Source: Octopus bimaculoides | Taxonomy: Eukaryota | DNA: 48,008 nucleotides | Direction: 5' to 3' | NCBI RefSeq assembly: GCF_001194135.2 | Contig: NC_068989.1 | Span: forward strand, 79,925,611 to 79,973,618 | Shown: piece by piece, positions 1 to 12,061 of the stretch | How positions within the stretch are numbered: the stretch's first letter is position 1 | How the letters are laid out: each line of letters starts with the position of its first letter | Notes under the pieces: generated by a model | What the model was told of the DNA's origin: nothing | Seen by the model: the letters and a program-made list of their open reading frames with translations, nothing else | Databases searched by the model: none | Position numbers and translations under genes: made by a program

Positions 1-99
1 CCTGATATGCATATACATACACATGTAGATGTAAGTATGTACATATATGTGTGTATACATGTATATATATCCTTTGTATTATATATATATATATATATA

Positions 100-156
<57 letters not shown>

Positions 157-159
<3 letters not shown>

Positions 160-350
160 TCAGTTTACTCGGCTGTAAATGGGTAACCATGTGACGGACT
201 AGACTTCTGATCAAGGTAAATATTGGCTTGTTCGTCTAACCAAGTTGACATCGTTCAAAGGCTAAAACGATGCAAAGCGCATTGTGACCAGTCATGTATG
301 ACAATATCTGACATACTTGTCGATCACGTAATGTATATAAGTACATATAA
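157..350 (+). mobile_element. SINE family C body, head missing
   Basis: cagtttactcggctgtaaatgggtaacc...gacttctgatcaaggtaaatattggcttg...gctaaaacgatgcaaag aligns by eye with the tRNA-headed copy at 19628-19842. Confidence 0.7.
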
Positions 351-800
351 AACATATTAATATATATTATAAATGTATGCATAAACAGAAAACATTTTAA
401 AAAATACATAACATGTTATCAAAGCAATATTAAAATATATATAATGATTGTATCTCTGTAGACCAAGATTATCTTTCTATTTGTCACCATCACTAACTAA
501 ATAACTACATAATCAATATAACTACCTATTTATCATCTGTGCCTTTTTCGCCTCCAGAGATATTACGTACGGACTGTTTTACTGAATGAAACATACTGTT
601 TTTTTTGTTTTGTTTTTTTGCATTATTGTCGAGGCTGCTCTTCTGCCTTAGTATAGTTTCTCTTCGGTGATATTTTATGTATCCTTTTTTCCTGGAACAA
701 CTTGATGTAGTTGGTGAACAGTTAACGGCGTTGTAGAGCATAAAGACTAAAGTTGTATTTGAGACAAGGAAAAATGGAAGCCATTTGTATATTGGAAATT

Positions 801-842
<42 letters not shown>

Positions 843-1240
843 NNNNNNNNNNNNNNNNNNNNNNNNNNNNNNNNNNNNNNNNNNNNNNNNNNNNNNNNNN
901 NNNNNNNNNNNNNNNNNNNNNNNNNNNNNNNNNNNNNNNNNNNNNNNNNNNNNNNNNNNNNNNNNNNNNNNNNNNNNNNNNNNNNNNNNNNNNNNNNNNN
1001 NNNNNNNNNNNNNNNNNNNNNNNNNNNNNNNNNNNNNNNNNNNNNNNNNNNNNNNNNNNNNNNNNNNNNNNNNNNNNNNNNNNNNNNNNNNNNNNNNNNN
1101 NNNNNNNNNNNNNNNNNNNNNNNNNNNNNNNNNNNNNNNNNNNNNNNNNNNNNNNNNNNNNNNNNNNNNNNNNNNNNNNNNNNNNNNNNNNNNNNNNNNN
1201 NNNNNNNNNNNNNNNNNNNNNNNNNNNNNNNNNNNNNNNT
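843..1240. other. Assembly gap flanked by (TA)n; further N-runs at 2813-3002, 12126-12292, 18405-18719, 22558-22841, 26078-26272, 35541-35838, 37180-37473, 41311-41485, 42161-42373, 43240-43804
   Basis: Runs of N seen directly; most abut (TA)n, (TG)n, (CA)n or (CT)n tracts. Confidence 0.99.
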
Positions 1241-1261
1241 ATATATATATATATATATATA

Positions 1262-1427
1262 TACGACGGGTTTCGTTCAGTTTCCGTCTACCAAATCGAC
1301 TCACAAGGCTTTGGTCGGCCCAAGGCTATAGTAGAAGACACCTTCCCATTGTGCCACGCAGTGGGAATGAACCCGGACCCATGTGGTTGGTAAGCAAGCT
1401 ACATACCACACAACCACACAACCACTC

Positions 1428-1429
<2 letters not shown>
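1262..1429 (-). mobile_element. SINE family A (tRNA head plus CORE-like body)
   Basis: cagtttccgtctaccaaatcgactcacaaggctttggtcggccc...gtgccacgcagtggg...atgtggttggtaagcaagct is the reverse complement of the 8766-8940 copy. Confidence 0.9.
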
Positions 1430-1468
<39 letters not shown>

Positions 1469-1863
1469 AAGAGAGGGAGAGATAGGGAGAGAGATAGGGA
1501 TGAATGCATGCATGAGTACATTATAGTTGCATGTTTTCGTGCAGATTCAGCCTTGATTGTAAAAGCGAAATCTTAGGAGGATAAAGTTATATTTTTATAG
1601 ACTGGTCTTAAAAGCTGTCACTTTAGATATTTTCATGAATACACGGAAACAACATTTTTGTGATATAAGCTACACAGAAATACATTCAAGAGACACGATG
1701 ATGTGATTGTTTGCTTGAAATAAATCGCTTTAAAATTTTGTTTACAATTTCTTCATATCCATTTTTAATGGGTCTGGGCGGAATTGGCAATATAATTCTG
1801 CACCTGCGCTCTAAAAGTACACAAGAAGTCGTATGTTGCAAGTAGTCCTATCCGTATATATCA

Positions 1864-2121
1864 TCTACTACATATGTGGGTAATTCTGTCTGCGGGTGTG
1901 TTTGTGGAGTTGTTAACTAACTCCTCCTACATCGTTTTATCGATTTTGATGAAACTTAAAATGTGAGTAGAACACATGTCTGGAAACCTCATGGCATACT
2001 CAAATTGTTGAAAAAATGGATAATAGGAAACCTGGAAGGGATCTTTATATATATATATCTAATACATTTTATTTTAAAAACTAAGCGAAAGAACCTATTC
2101 GCCCCTGGAACGGATCCTTAG
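1864..2121 (+). mobile_element. Possible non-autonomous Helitron-like element
   Basis: Begins TCTACTACATAT, then ctgtctg...aactcctcctacatcgttttatcgattttgatgaaactt, which resembles 5' segments I recall from non-autonomous rolling-circle elements; small gcgaa/ttcgc hairpin at 2085-2102 near the putative 3' end. Confidence 0.4.
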
Positions 2122-3016
2122 ATATATCCAAGGGAAATAACCCATTCATTTTCCAAAATTATTTGGTAAAATGAAACTGAGTATAGTTATTTCTTCGTAT
2201 TTGAACTGTTAGATTTATTTTCGCAATGTATCCAGTACAACTGTTAAACAAGTAAAGATTATTTTTCCTAAACAATAGTTCCACTTATTTCGGTTAGTAA
2301 CTTATTGACAAATATACCAACACTAGCGCCTCTGAGGGTAATATTCTCTGGGAATGCACAAAAGCCGTTTTCAGTTATTTCCTTTGAATTGTTATCTGAT
2401 ATCTGTTTAGCCTGTTATTACGTAACATGCTTCATGATTTTAGTATACATACCTTATTAGTATTTTCCCTTGTGTTCTATATACACTTGGAACGCATTAA
2501 AGCCCTTTTTGAGGATACTTTATTTGAGTTTTTACTATCGAATAACTAATTTCATGCTATTACATACATAACAGACTTCACAATTTGAGTATTCATAACT
2601 TATTGGGAATTCCTAAAAACAGGATCCTGTGTGACTCAGTTCGGTATTCTGTGTAAATGTACAAAATCCGTTTTAAGGGTTTCATACTTTGTATTGTTGA
2701 TATTGGATTAGCGATAAAATTATGAGAACGGAACCAAGGGATAAACTCCACCTTCCCGGGAATTACCGTGTACGTCAGCTAGTACTACAATATATATATA
2801 TATATATATATANNNNNNNNNNNNNNNNNNNNNNNNNNNNNNNNNNNNNNNNNNNNNNNNNNNNNNNNNNNNNNNNNNNNNNNNNNNNNNNNNNNNNNNN
2901 NNNNNNNNNNNNNNNNNNNNNNNNNNNNNNNNNNNNNNNNNNNNNNNNNNNNNNNNNNNNNNNNNNNNNNNNNNNNNNNNNNNNNNNNNNNNNNNNNNNN
3001 NNAGATATATATATAT

Positions 3017-3144
3017 TCTTTTATTCTTTTACTTCTTTCAATCATTTGACTGCAGCCATGCTGGAGCACCGCCTATAGTCGAACAAATCAACCCAGGATT
3101 TATTCTAACGAAGGTGGGAGCACGAACACAACACACAAATGTAT

Positions 3145-3191
<47 letters not shown>

Positions 3192-3275
3192 ACGGAGTTT
3201 TTTTCAGTTTCCGTCTACCAAATCCACTCACTTGGCCAGAGTGCCAAGACGTGGGACTGTACCCGGAACTATGTA
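3017..3275 (-). mobile_element. SINE family A with 3' tail, internal (TA)n and internal deletions
   Basis: tcatttgactgcagccatgctggagcaccgcc tail, (TA)n, then cagtttccgtctaccaaatccactcac and gggactgtacccggaac. Confidence 0.85.
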
Positions 3276-3774
3276 GCTTTACAGATCTGACCGGTGAGTA
3301 GAGAGCAGAAATGAGCGTATAAAGAACATACACAGGTAAAATCCGTTTAGATAAGGCGTCGTCCTTAGGGAGTCGTTATTCATACGACCTTTGAACACAC
3401 ATATACTCATAGATATGTTTGTTTATAATGATTTTATGCATAAGTATGCATTGTACATACGCTCACACATTTTCAATCAACTTTGTACATATACATACAC
3501 ATATACGAGTACATCAGTGTAGTCACATATACACATTCACTCACATATATATATGTTCCCATATTTTCATATATCCAGATATTTAGTGTATATCTATACC
3601 TACGTATGATGGTATTACTATGAACATTATTACTGCTGTTTCTATTTCTTTCTACTCATAGTGTTACCAATTATGTTACGTTCATTGCTGTTTTATGACT
3701 TTTATTCATCAGCGATGGCAGGGCTGTCACTACTAACATTTTTACTGTTATTCATTACTATATGTTTATCGAAA

Positions 3775-4006
3775 GGTGTCAAGCTGGCAGAAACGTTAGC
3801 ACGCCGTGCGAAATGCTTTGCGGTTTTTCGTCTCTCACTACGTTTTGAGTTCACATTCTGCCGAGTTCGACTTTGCCTTTCATCCTTTCGGGGCCGATAA
3901 ATTAAGTACCTGCTACGCACTGAGGTCTATGTAATCGACTTAATCCCTTTGTGTGTCCTTGTCTGTCCCCTCCATGATCAGCCCCTTGTGGGCAATAAAG
4001 AAATAA
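3775..4006 (+). mobile_element. SINE family D, long-tail variant
   Basis: Head agctggcagaaacgttagcacgccg...tgagttcacattc; core gactttgcctttcatcctttcggggccgataaattaagtacc; tail cttaatccctttg...agccccttgtgggcaataaagaaataa. Confidence 0.9.
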
Positions 4007-4205
4007 GAAACGTTTGCACGTCGGGCGAAATGCTTAACGGTATTTCGTCTGTTTTTACGTTCTGAGTTCAAATTTCACCGAAGTCGACTTTGTCTTTCAT
4101 CCTTTCGGGGTCGATAAATTAGGTACTAATTACGTCCTGAGGTCGATCTAATCGACTGGCCCATCCCCCAAAATTTCGGGCCTTGTGCCTAGAGTAGAAA
4201 AGAAT
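4007..4205 (+). mobile_element. SINE family D, directly tandem to the previous copy
   Basis: gaaacgtttgcacgtcgggcgaaatgcttaacggtatttcgtc...gagttcaaattt...ctttcatcctttcggggtcgataaatt...gggccttgtgcctagagtagaaaag. Confidence 0.9.
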
Positions 4206-4288
4206 ATATGTTTATCGGAATTACAAATATTACTTATGGAACTATTAGAGTCATTACCAATATTATCATAACCAGTGTATTTTAAGTT

Positions 4289-4500
4289 GGTGAGCTGGCA
4301 GAATCGTTAACGCGCTGGAAAAATACTTAGTGGTATTGCGGCCATCGCTACATTCTGAGTTCAAATTCCACTCAGGTTATCTTTGTCTTTCACCCTTTTG
4401 GGATCGATAAATTAAGTGCCAGTGAAACACTGGGGTCGATATAATCGACTAGTCCCCACCCTATAAATTTGAGGCCTAGTGCTTCTAATAGAAAGAATTA
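4289..4500 (+). mobile_element. SINE family D
   Basis: gagctggcagaatcgttaacg...ttctgagttcaaattcc...gatcgataaattaagtgccagtgaaacactggggtcgatataatcgactag. Confidence 0.9.
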
Positions 4501-5115
4501 TAATCAGTGTATTTTGTTTTTCGTTCACACATATCACTATTGTGATTATATTTATTATTATTAATTTTATTAACAGTACAATCAGACTTGTTTGACTTTC
4601 TCTTATGGTAAGTCTCTTGTTATATACCGTTAGCATTCTTATTTTTCTATACAAAATTTTAGAACGTTTTTCAAATTTTTACAGTTATTTCTAGTGTAAG
4701 AAGAAAATGTATTATTAACCGTAGTATCAGCTAATACACTACGCTTTAATGAACTGGTTTCTGGGATATGGTTAAAATTCTGCTTTTAAAATGCTTTCTT
4801 CTCAGCACTGCGAATTGACTCGGTGCATTTGCACTCATTTGTTAACAGCGACAAATTTTCTCCTTGATAAAATGCAATGAATGGCTTTCCTACAGGTTCT
4901 TAGTTTTGTTACCAATTTGAATATGCCTTAGGTATATCTGAACTGTTAGCAAGTTAGTATAAAATATTTACAGCCCCGAACCCTCTTTCATATAACAATA
5001 TATATATATATATATATATTACAGACGAGAAAGTAAAATTCAATTTAATATAGCTGTGAAAACAGCAGGAAGATTGAGTATTTTACATTTATAAAACGGA
5101 AAAGAAGTAACCAGC

Positions 5116-5189
5116 AGACAGCTACGGGAGTCGAACACGTACCTTTGAGACACAGGTTGAGTACTCTACCATTATGCTAAATGGCTCGC
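5116..5189 (-). pseudogene. Orphan tRNA-like sequence (tRNA pseudogene or head of another SINE)
   Basis: Minus strand reads gcgagccattTAGCATAATGGtagagtactcaacctgtgtctcaaaggtacgtGTTCGACTCccgtagctgtctg: A box and B box at tRNA-like spacing and a T-arm-like stem; acceptor and anticodon stems pair poorly. Confidence 0.6.
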
Positions 5190-5280
5190 TGATAAAAAAA
5201 AAAACTAGCGTGAATTTTAACGCTAAAGAATAGATTTTCGTATGCAACATTTTATAAACTAACTTTGGAAACGTCGAATG

Positions 5281-5286
<6 letters not shown>

Positions 5287-5336
<50 letters not shown>
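5287..5336. repeat. (CA)n microsatellite
   Basis: Direct inspection. Confidence 0.95.
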
Positions 5337-5347
<11 letters not shown>

Positions 5348-6337
5348 ACTATATTACGACCAAAAAATATGTCGTGTTGTCACCATAGATCTCTGTTTCG
5401 AACTCATCTGCCTGCAGTGTAAGTCATTTTATTTTAACCAGTTTAAAATATCAAAAAGTTTCTGTATCAAGTATCTTAGTTTGTACTTAATAACGATTAC
5501 TTTATGAAGAAACATACCCTAAGGAAAATTTTCACTGCTATTATTATAATTTTCCTAATCAGTAAAATTATTTCTACCCAAAATAATGTACTTATTAATC
5601 GTTCTAAACCTTGGCAACTAAGAAAGGACTACAATTTGATATACAGACCTATAATTCAGACTTATTGAATTATCGTGGATTCTCCCATTTTTCCTTTTTC
5701 AATTGAATTGTCTTTAATGCAAATGACATCTATTCTTATTATGAAGAAAATATCGGCTTATTGGGATTTATCTGTAACTCGCTGCCTTGAGTAATGTAGC
5801 CAATATTTAACTATATGCTCTTCCTGCAGAATGTGTACTTGGGAAATTTTCCAATGTCATTATTTCAATTTGCCTAATCAATGAATTATTTTCACACAAA
5901 ATAGGTTATACAACATTAGTCTTCGCAGTAGATATCGTATTTTATGTGAAAATAAATCATTGGTGAGGCTGATTAGTGTCTTAGCATCTGTGAATGAACT
6001 ATGATTCGACTAGAAGGACAAATAACGCACAAATATTTTATAAATTGTTATGATAGTTTCGTTATAAGATAGACTGAACATTATTTTACGCATATGTTCT
6101 TCCATAGATTATGAGTTAGTCTTTAAAGTCATATTCACAATCTAGCGCGTCTTTCACCGATAATTCATATTCAAGTTAGGCTGCTTAATGTGATATGTCA
6201 CGTCATGTATGAATAATATATAGCTATTATGAAATATCTTAGATCTGGAAAAAGTTTTCCGTAGTAAACTATTATGTGTGCAAATAAGGAATTCACATGA
6301 ATGTTTCACACAAACACTGTCTCTTCATGCTGTAACG

Positions 6338-6338
<1 letters not shown>

Positions 6339-6403
<65 letters not shown>
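6339..6403. repeat. (ATT)n microsatellite
   Basis: Direct inspection; source of the poly-Tyr ORF 6301-6555. Confidence 0.95.
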
Positions 6404-7369
6404 GTTGTTGTTATTTATTTTTTTTGCATATAGCTATTCCGTTTCATAATACACCTTTTCAAGCATGGTTTTTGAGAATCTCGTATTGTTGTTTTGTAGG
6501 TTCACGATTGAATGAGTTTGATTTTGAGCATAATGCAAACTTAATGTCCAAGTAAATACAAAACGTAAACAGTACTGTTACAGGAAACAGCACATAATTT
6601 GGCTTTTTACAATCAAGTATATTTTATACATTATGATTATAAATGCATACAGTTGCATGGCTTGTGTGTACGTGTGTGTGTGTGTGTGTAAATGCATGTC
6701 CAGTTATATATAAATGTGGTTTAATGATGCAATGATATGAGTATTAATATATTAGTGCATTTTCTTATGTAACAAAGACATTTTCTTCGAAAATTACAAC
6801 TTGTAAGTTGTTGACTTTACTGATATCAATTTGAATGTAGGAAAGTCGCTCAAACGAATTTTCTTGAAAACCTCCAAAACCCTCTCCAGAACATTATTAC
6901 AGTTCTCGTTAACAATATATTCCTACCACTGTTTAATTTATCATAAAATGGAAAATTAATTAATGATTTACCACAGACGTAAAATGAAACGCTATGTAGA
7001 AGTAGAAATCTCAATAGAATAAAAGTTATTCTGAATACAAGATTAGCATCCGTCAAACTGAAGAAACAGACATGTCGAATTGTTTCACCCACCATTCAAC
7101 TTTCAAATATTTCGCCCCTGTGGCCTTCCGTTATTCTACACAGAAATGCTTTTTCCACACCGCAAAAATCACTGCAAATCATTTAACCAAAAAATATCGA
7201 ACTTTCTTACTCTACAGCACATAACTATTTAAGCCATCTGGTAAGGCTTACGTGCCACTTGTATGTTAATCCAATTATATCTAAATATATAAATTACTTT
7301 CAACATTGGGGTTCAAAAGGAAGATTCACAGCTAAGTACATTTTCATTATTTTTGCCCTAAACTGGATT

Positions 7370-7665
7370 TATTGGTACTGAAATTATTCTACCGGTGACT
7401 TATGACGAACCGCTAAGTGATGTAAATAAAACAACATCAGTTATCAAGTGATGATGGTTCATCGCACACACACATACAAACAGACATACATATATATGTT
7501 TATGTTTGTAAGTCAAACTTAGACACAGATTCCATCAACTAAATTCACCAACAATTTATTGGTGGACCCGGGAAATAATAGAAAACACCAAAAGACCCTG
7601 CCAGTGGCCCAGAATCCGAAGTCCTTTCGCTGTAAAGTGAAATTCTTAATCACATAACCGTACCT
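7370..7665 (-). mobile_element. Old, diverged SINE family A copy
   Basis: gacgaaccgctaagt tail remnant, (CA)-rich middle, ttccatcaactaaattcacc...ggtggacccggg body remnant. Confidence 0.5.
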
Positions 7666-8765
7666 ACTCTTGTACCAATATTTGTACATTCATGTCCATT
7701 TTCATTCACATATACTCTGAGTATACATGTACATGCATGCGTAAGCCTGTATTTCTTAGTAAGAGGCGAGTTTGTATTCGTGTTTTGTTAGAAATGTGAT
7801 AAATCCTGACATACATGCTCTACGTATTTCTGTGGCCTGAATTAGAATTTAATCCGGAAATCTAGTTTCGGCTTGCATTTCAACGAAATTAAGTTCATTT
7901 TCCCACTTGCGTTTGATTGCCAGTTCTGTTTCAAGTTGAGCGATAAATTACAAGAAAGAAGATCTAAAATTAATTAACTTTTGCAAGCAGGCTGTAAATA
8001 TATCTCACCGATGAATAATTGTCACCATTTATAAGCATTAGTAAAATGGTTATTAATTCTTAAGCATCTTTAACGTTCTACTAAATAAATACGCATCGTG
8101 TTTAATCACAGAATATGCAGATCATATTAAATTTACTCACGTTGGATAAAATAAGGCGTTCAGCTTAATGCTTTGCAAATGTTTTATTAAACTAACATTC
8201 ATCAGTCAATATTTCTTAAAAACACTCTCCTAAACATTAGCTTTAATACATTACAGAACGCTAAACTGACAAAAAATATTTGATTGGTGAAATACTGATT
8301 TCTGGCAGCGTAAATCCTTATTTTTTATGGGTTGATGGATATAGTCTAGAAAATAGACAATTGATTGGTACTTTACTTGATCGATCTCAGAATAATGGTT
8401 AGGATTTGAAACCAGAAAGTTAACGCCGATAACTAAGTAACACAAAGAATTTTCTCTGTCGGTGTAACAGTTATGTCAAGTTCATGTCATCGATCGTGGA
8501 ACTATTGATTTTCTAAGATTGGTACAAGACTAGAAATTACTTGGGAGAATTAGAAAAATAAATTAACTTAATAGTTAACTGGTACTCCTTATCATGAATT
8601 CCATAATAATATAATAAAAATCTAACTTCAACGAGATCTGAATTCCAAACCTAAAAAGTCGAAATTATATATAACTCATTGTCACAACCTAACCGTCCTT
8701 CTTAGCTGACTTATTACTATAACATCATGCGGAGAATCTCAAAAGAAGTATTAGTATCATATCCA

Positions 8766-8940
8766 GGCGCAAGAGTGGCTGTGTGGTAAATAGCTTGCTT
8801 ACCAACCACATGGCTCTGGGTTCAGTCCCACTGCGTGGCACCTTGGTCAAGTGTCTTCTACTATTACCTCGGGCCGACCAAAGACTTGTGAGTGGATTTG
8901 GTAGACGGAAACTGAAGGAAGCTCGTCGCATACATATATA
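8766..8940 (+). mobile_element. SINE family A, well-preserved head and body
   Basis: ggcgcaagagTGGCTGTGTGGtaa A-box-like, GGTTCAGTCC B-box-like, CORE-like caccttggtcaagtgtctt, then gccgaccaaagacttgtgagtggatttggtagacggaaactga. Confidence 0.92.
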
Positions 8941-9539
8941 ACTGTGTGCAACAACCATAAAATTAAGGCACCTTAGAGTAATGGTAGCAAAGTATTTCGG
9001 TCCAGGGGTTGACCAGTTACCAGCTTGATTAACAGTCAGATTAAATATGTGTAACTTTTACTTAAGTGTGCAATCCATCGGTAATATACCTTTTGTCACA
9101 ATGCTTTATGTGTATTTTCATAGTTTTTAAAACTGATATGTACTAGTGGGCCTCGTGGAACTGTAAGAGTTGTTGAGAATAAGAATCGCCAGATGTAATA
9201 TCTCACAATATTTATTCCGGATCTCTGCGGTCTGTGTTCAAATCTCGTAGAAGTCATCTTTGCCCTTCGGAGTCGATAAATTCATTCCAGTCCAAGGTGA
9301 TACATTGTTATACACCATATGAGATAACTTGCGGTACCTATTCTTGTATTATTTTCTGAAAACAATGCTTATGAGTGTAGTATTTTATCCATAACGAACT
9401 GCAATGAAAAGCCGATTACGTAATCAAATATCTTTCAAACATATTTCAATTGGCTATGAACTTTTTTACTCTCAGTCGCTGCTTCATGCTTCTACTCAAG
9501 AACATACATACATATACACACATCTTGTTTTTTACTAGT

Positions 9540-10345
9540 TTCGCTACACTTTCATTAAATCTCCTGTGATATGTAGCATTTGGTGATTGAGGGAGTTTGA
9601 AATTGTTGCTTTCATCTGCGTTTCTTGCCACGAGGTAAACTCGATAGGACGAGAACCAATTTTGTTTTGAAGACGCTTCCATCCACCCCGTGTCTCTCAG
9701 GCTTTGTCGGAAGATATTGAAAAACTGTGGACTCTTGAAACTCAGCCTGTTCCAGTGTCTGGTCCTGCATCTTGATGGCAATGTCGGGATGTTTGACAAT
9801 ATGTAGTGACGCCGCGTTCTACTGTTCGTGTAACTTACAATACCAAAGTTTGATACAAATTCTGGGATTCTCCAGATGAATATCACTGCATATATTTTCC
9901 GTCTTCGTGAGTAGTCTTAGCATTTTCAGTCTCTCCCAGTAGCTAACATGTCGGATTGAGATTACTTCTTTTGTGTAGCATCGTTGGATTGCTTCGAGTT
10001 CTGTCGTTAATTTTACTCTCTATGGTAACCATATTTGGTGATGCTGATTTTGATTCAGGAATTGGTAATCCATCCTGGGCCTGTATATCCTGTCTGTATT
10101 TCATTCAGCTTCATATCTTGGTAGCGCAGGGCTTGGAATTGTCCAGCATTAATCTGCATGCTATTTTTCTCAACCCACCGCTTTATTGCGTCCAACTAAA
10201 ACTCCTGTTGCAGATGCGCAACATCTGCAGGGTTCTGTATTCTCTGAGAGACTTTTGTACTATCTGTATAGTTAACAAGGACGGTAATTTGAGCAGCTGA
10301 GGACATGTTTCAGAGAATCATTAATGATGGCAGTGGCCCCAAGAC
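9540..10345 (-). mobile_element. Decayed CR1/L2-type LINE, C-terminal part of the reverse transcriptase ORF, 5'-truncated
   Basis: Minus-strand translation with frameshifts: VLGPL..IND..YTDSTK (decayed YADDTK)..DVAHLQQ..AIKRWVEKNSMQINAGQF..ELEAIQRCYTK..VSYWERLKMLRLL..VIFIWRI..FKSPQFFNIFRQSLRD..VFKTKL, the motif order typical of CR1-group RT C-termini. Confidence 0.85.
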
Positions 10346-10688
10346 ACTATGTGGTAAAAAGATTGCTTCCCAATGGCATGGTTCCGATTTCAGACCTACT
10401 GCATGGCATCTTGGTTAAGTATCGTCTACTATAGTCTCGGGCCGACCAAAGCCATGTGAGTAAATTTGGTAGACGGAAACTGAAAGAAGCCCATCATATA
10501 TATATATAAATATATATTTCTATATATGTAAATGTGTGTGTGACTTTGTATCTGCGTTTGTCCCCCCACCCCCCGTTACCGCTTGACAACCGGTGTTCGT
10601 GTGTTTACCGCAAAAGAGACCGACTGAGTAAGTACCGGGCTTAAAAAATAAGTACCGGGGTAGATTCATTCGACAAAAAATTCAAGGC
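10346..10688 (+). mobile_element. SINE family A, near full length with internal (TA)/(TG) tract and 3' segment
   Basis: Body ggccgaccaaagccatgtgagtaaatttggtagacggaaactgaaagaagcc, then TA/TG tract, then tttgtcccccc...gcttgacaaccggtgtt...caaaagagaccga...aagtaccgggcttaaaaaataag. Confidence 0.88.
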
Positions 10689-10934
10689 CGCATTCTAAAG
10701 TAAGTGGAAATTTTAAAGTTACTTCCAAATTTTTCCTTGTGAAAATTCATAAATATACAATTTAATTGGGTCATCTTATATTGTTTTCATATACAACTTG
10801 ACATACAAGCAAACACACACACACACACATGTTTATACACATTACATGTATAGATATGCACAACTCTACACACACGCATGCACATATGTGTCTATATATA
10901 TTTATGTTTACATACATAAATATGTGTGTGTGTA

Positions 10935-10938
<4 letters not shown>

Positions 10939-11018
<80 letters not shown>
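10939..11018. repeat. (TA)n microsatellite
   Basis: Direct inspection. Confidence 0.95.
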
Positions 11019-11026
<8 letters not shown>

Positions 11027-12009
11027 CACACATCGTAAATGGTTATTTACTACCTGCAATATAATCTAATTCCTTTTTGTTGCTTATGTGTTTCTCAATT
11101 TTAAATCTAATACAATATGATATTGTTGTTACCTAAATGTATCTAAAATTATAATGGTCTACAATTGAAGCCACATTGAAAACTTTTTCAATTATCTAGT
11201 TTTCAATTACAAGTTTATATTTAATTTGTAGTACTTATAGCTAGTTTCAAAATCAATCAGATATAGAAAATACTCATAGCGTGTAAATATTTCCTTTATT
11301 AATCTAATACCCACCTTATGATACAGAAAATTAAATGACAATAGAAATTCTCGTTTTCAACCTCAAATGTTTATTCATATGACTTAAGCTAATTACAGTA
11401 CATAACAGACACATAATTACAATAATACTCCAAATCATTGGTAGTCTAACCAATAATTATCCTGTTGCAACATTGTATTATATAAGGGATAAGACTATGT
11501 AACATAATTTTTTTTTTTAACAGTCTAATCTAATATATACTTTCATAGGTTTTTCTGTATGTTCTACATCGTCTGCAGAAGACACATTTTCATTCTTCTC
11601 TTTTGTTATAATACTAAGTCTTTTTTTATTTTTCTAACCTGGACATAGCTTATAATTTGAAATGAGTGACCCAGAAGTAGAGGTGAAAAGTGGTTCTGTC
11701 TGATATTTGATAGGGTTTAATTTTACATTCGTAACGAAAAATATGTTACACATATATGGCTTTATTTTTCAGTAGCTATCACACATACACACACACACAC
11801 ACACACAACATATAGATACACACACGCATGCATACGTACGTATATACATACATACATACATATGTAGATACATACATGCATGCATGCATGTATACATACA
11901 TACATACACTGTTGCTGGTGTTGAAAATTCAATGAAGGTGTCTTGGATCTACGTTAGAAACCGGCTTTTTCTCTATTGGCAAGGAATCTTGAAATAAAAC
12001 TGAATGAGG

Positions 12010-12059
12010 ACATACATACATACATACATACATACATACATACATACATACATACATAC
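12010..12059. repeat. (TACA)n microsatellite
   Basis: Direct inspection. Confidence 0.95.
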
Positions 12060-12061
12060 TG

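Noticed and set aside
9956-10300. 114-aa hydrophobic ORF (+) resembling a secreted or membrane protein
   Set aside because: It is antisense to the CR1-type RT remnant, which explains the open frame
11905-12005. Segment that looks like a repeat tail I recall from octopus DNA
   Set aside because: Only one copy in this window, so it cannot be supported from the sequence given
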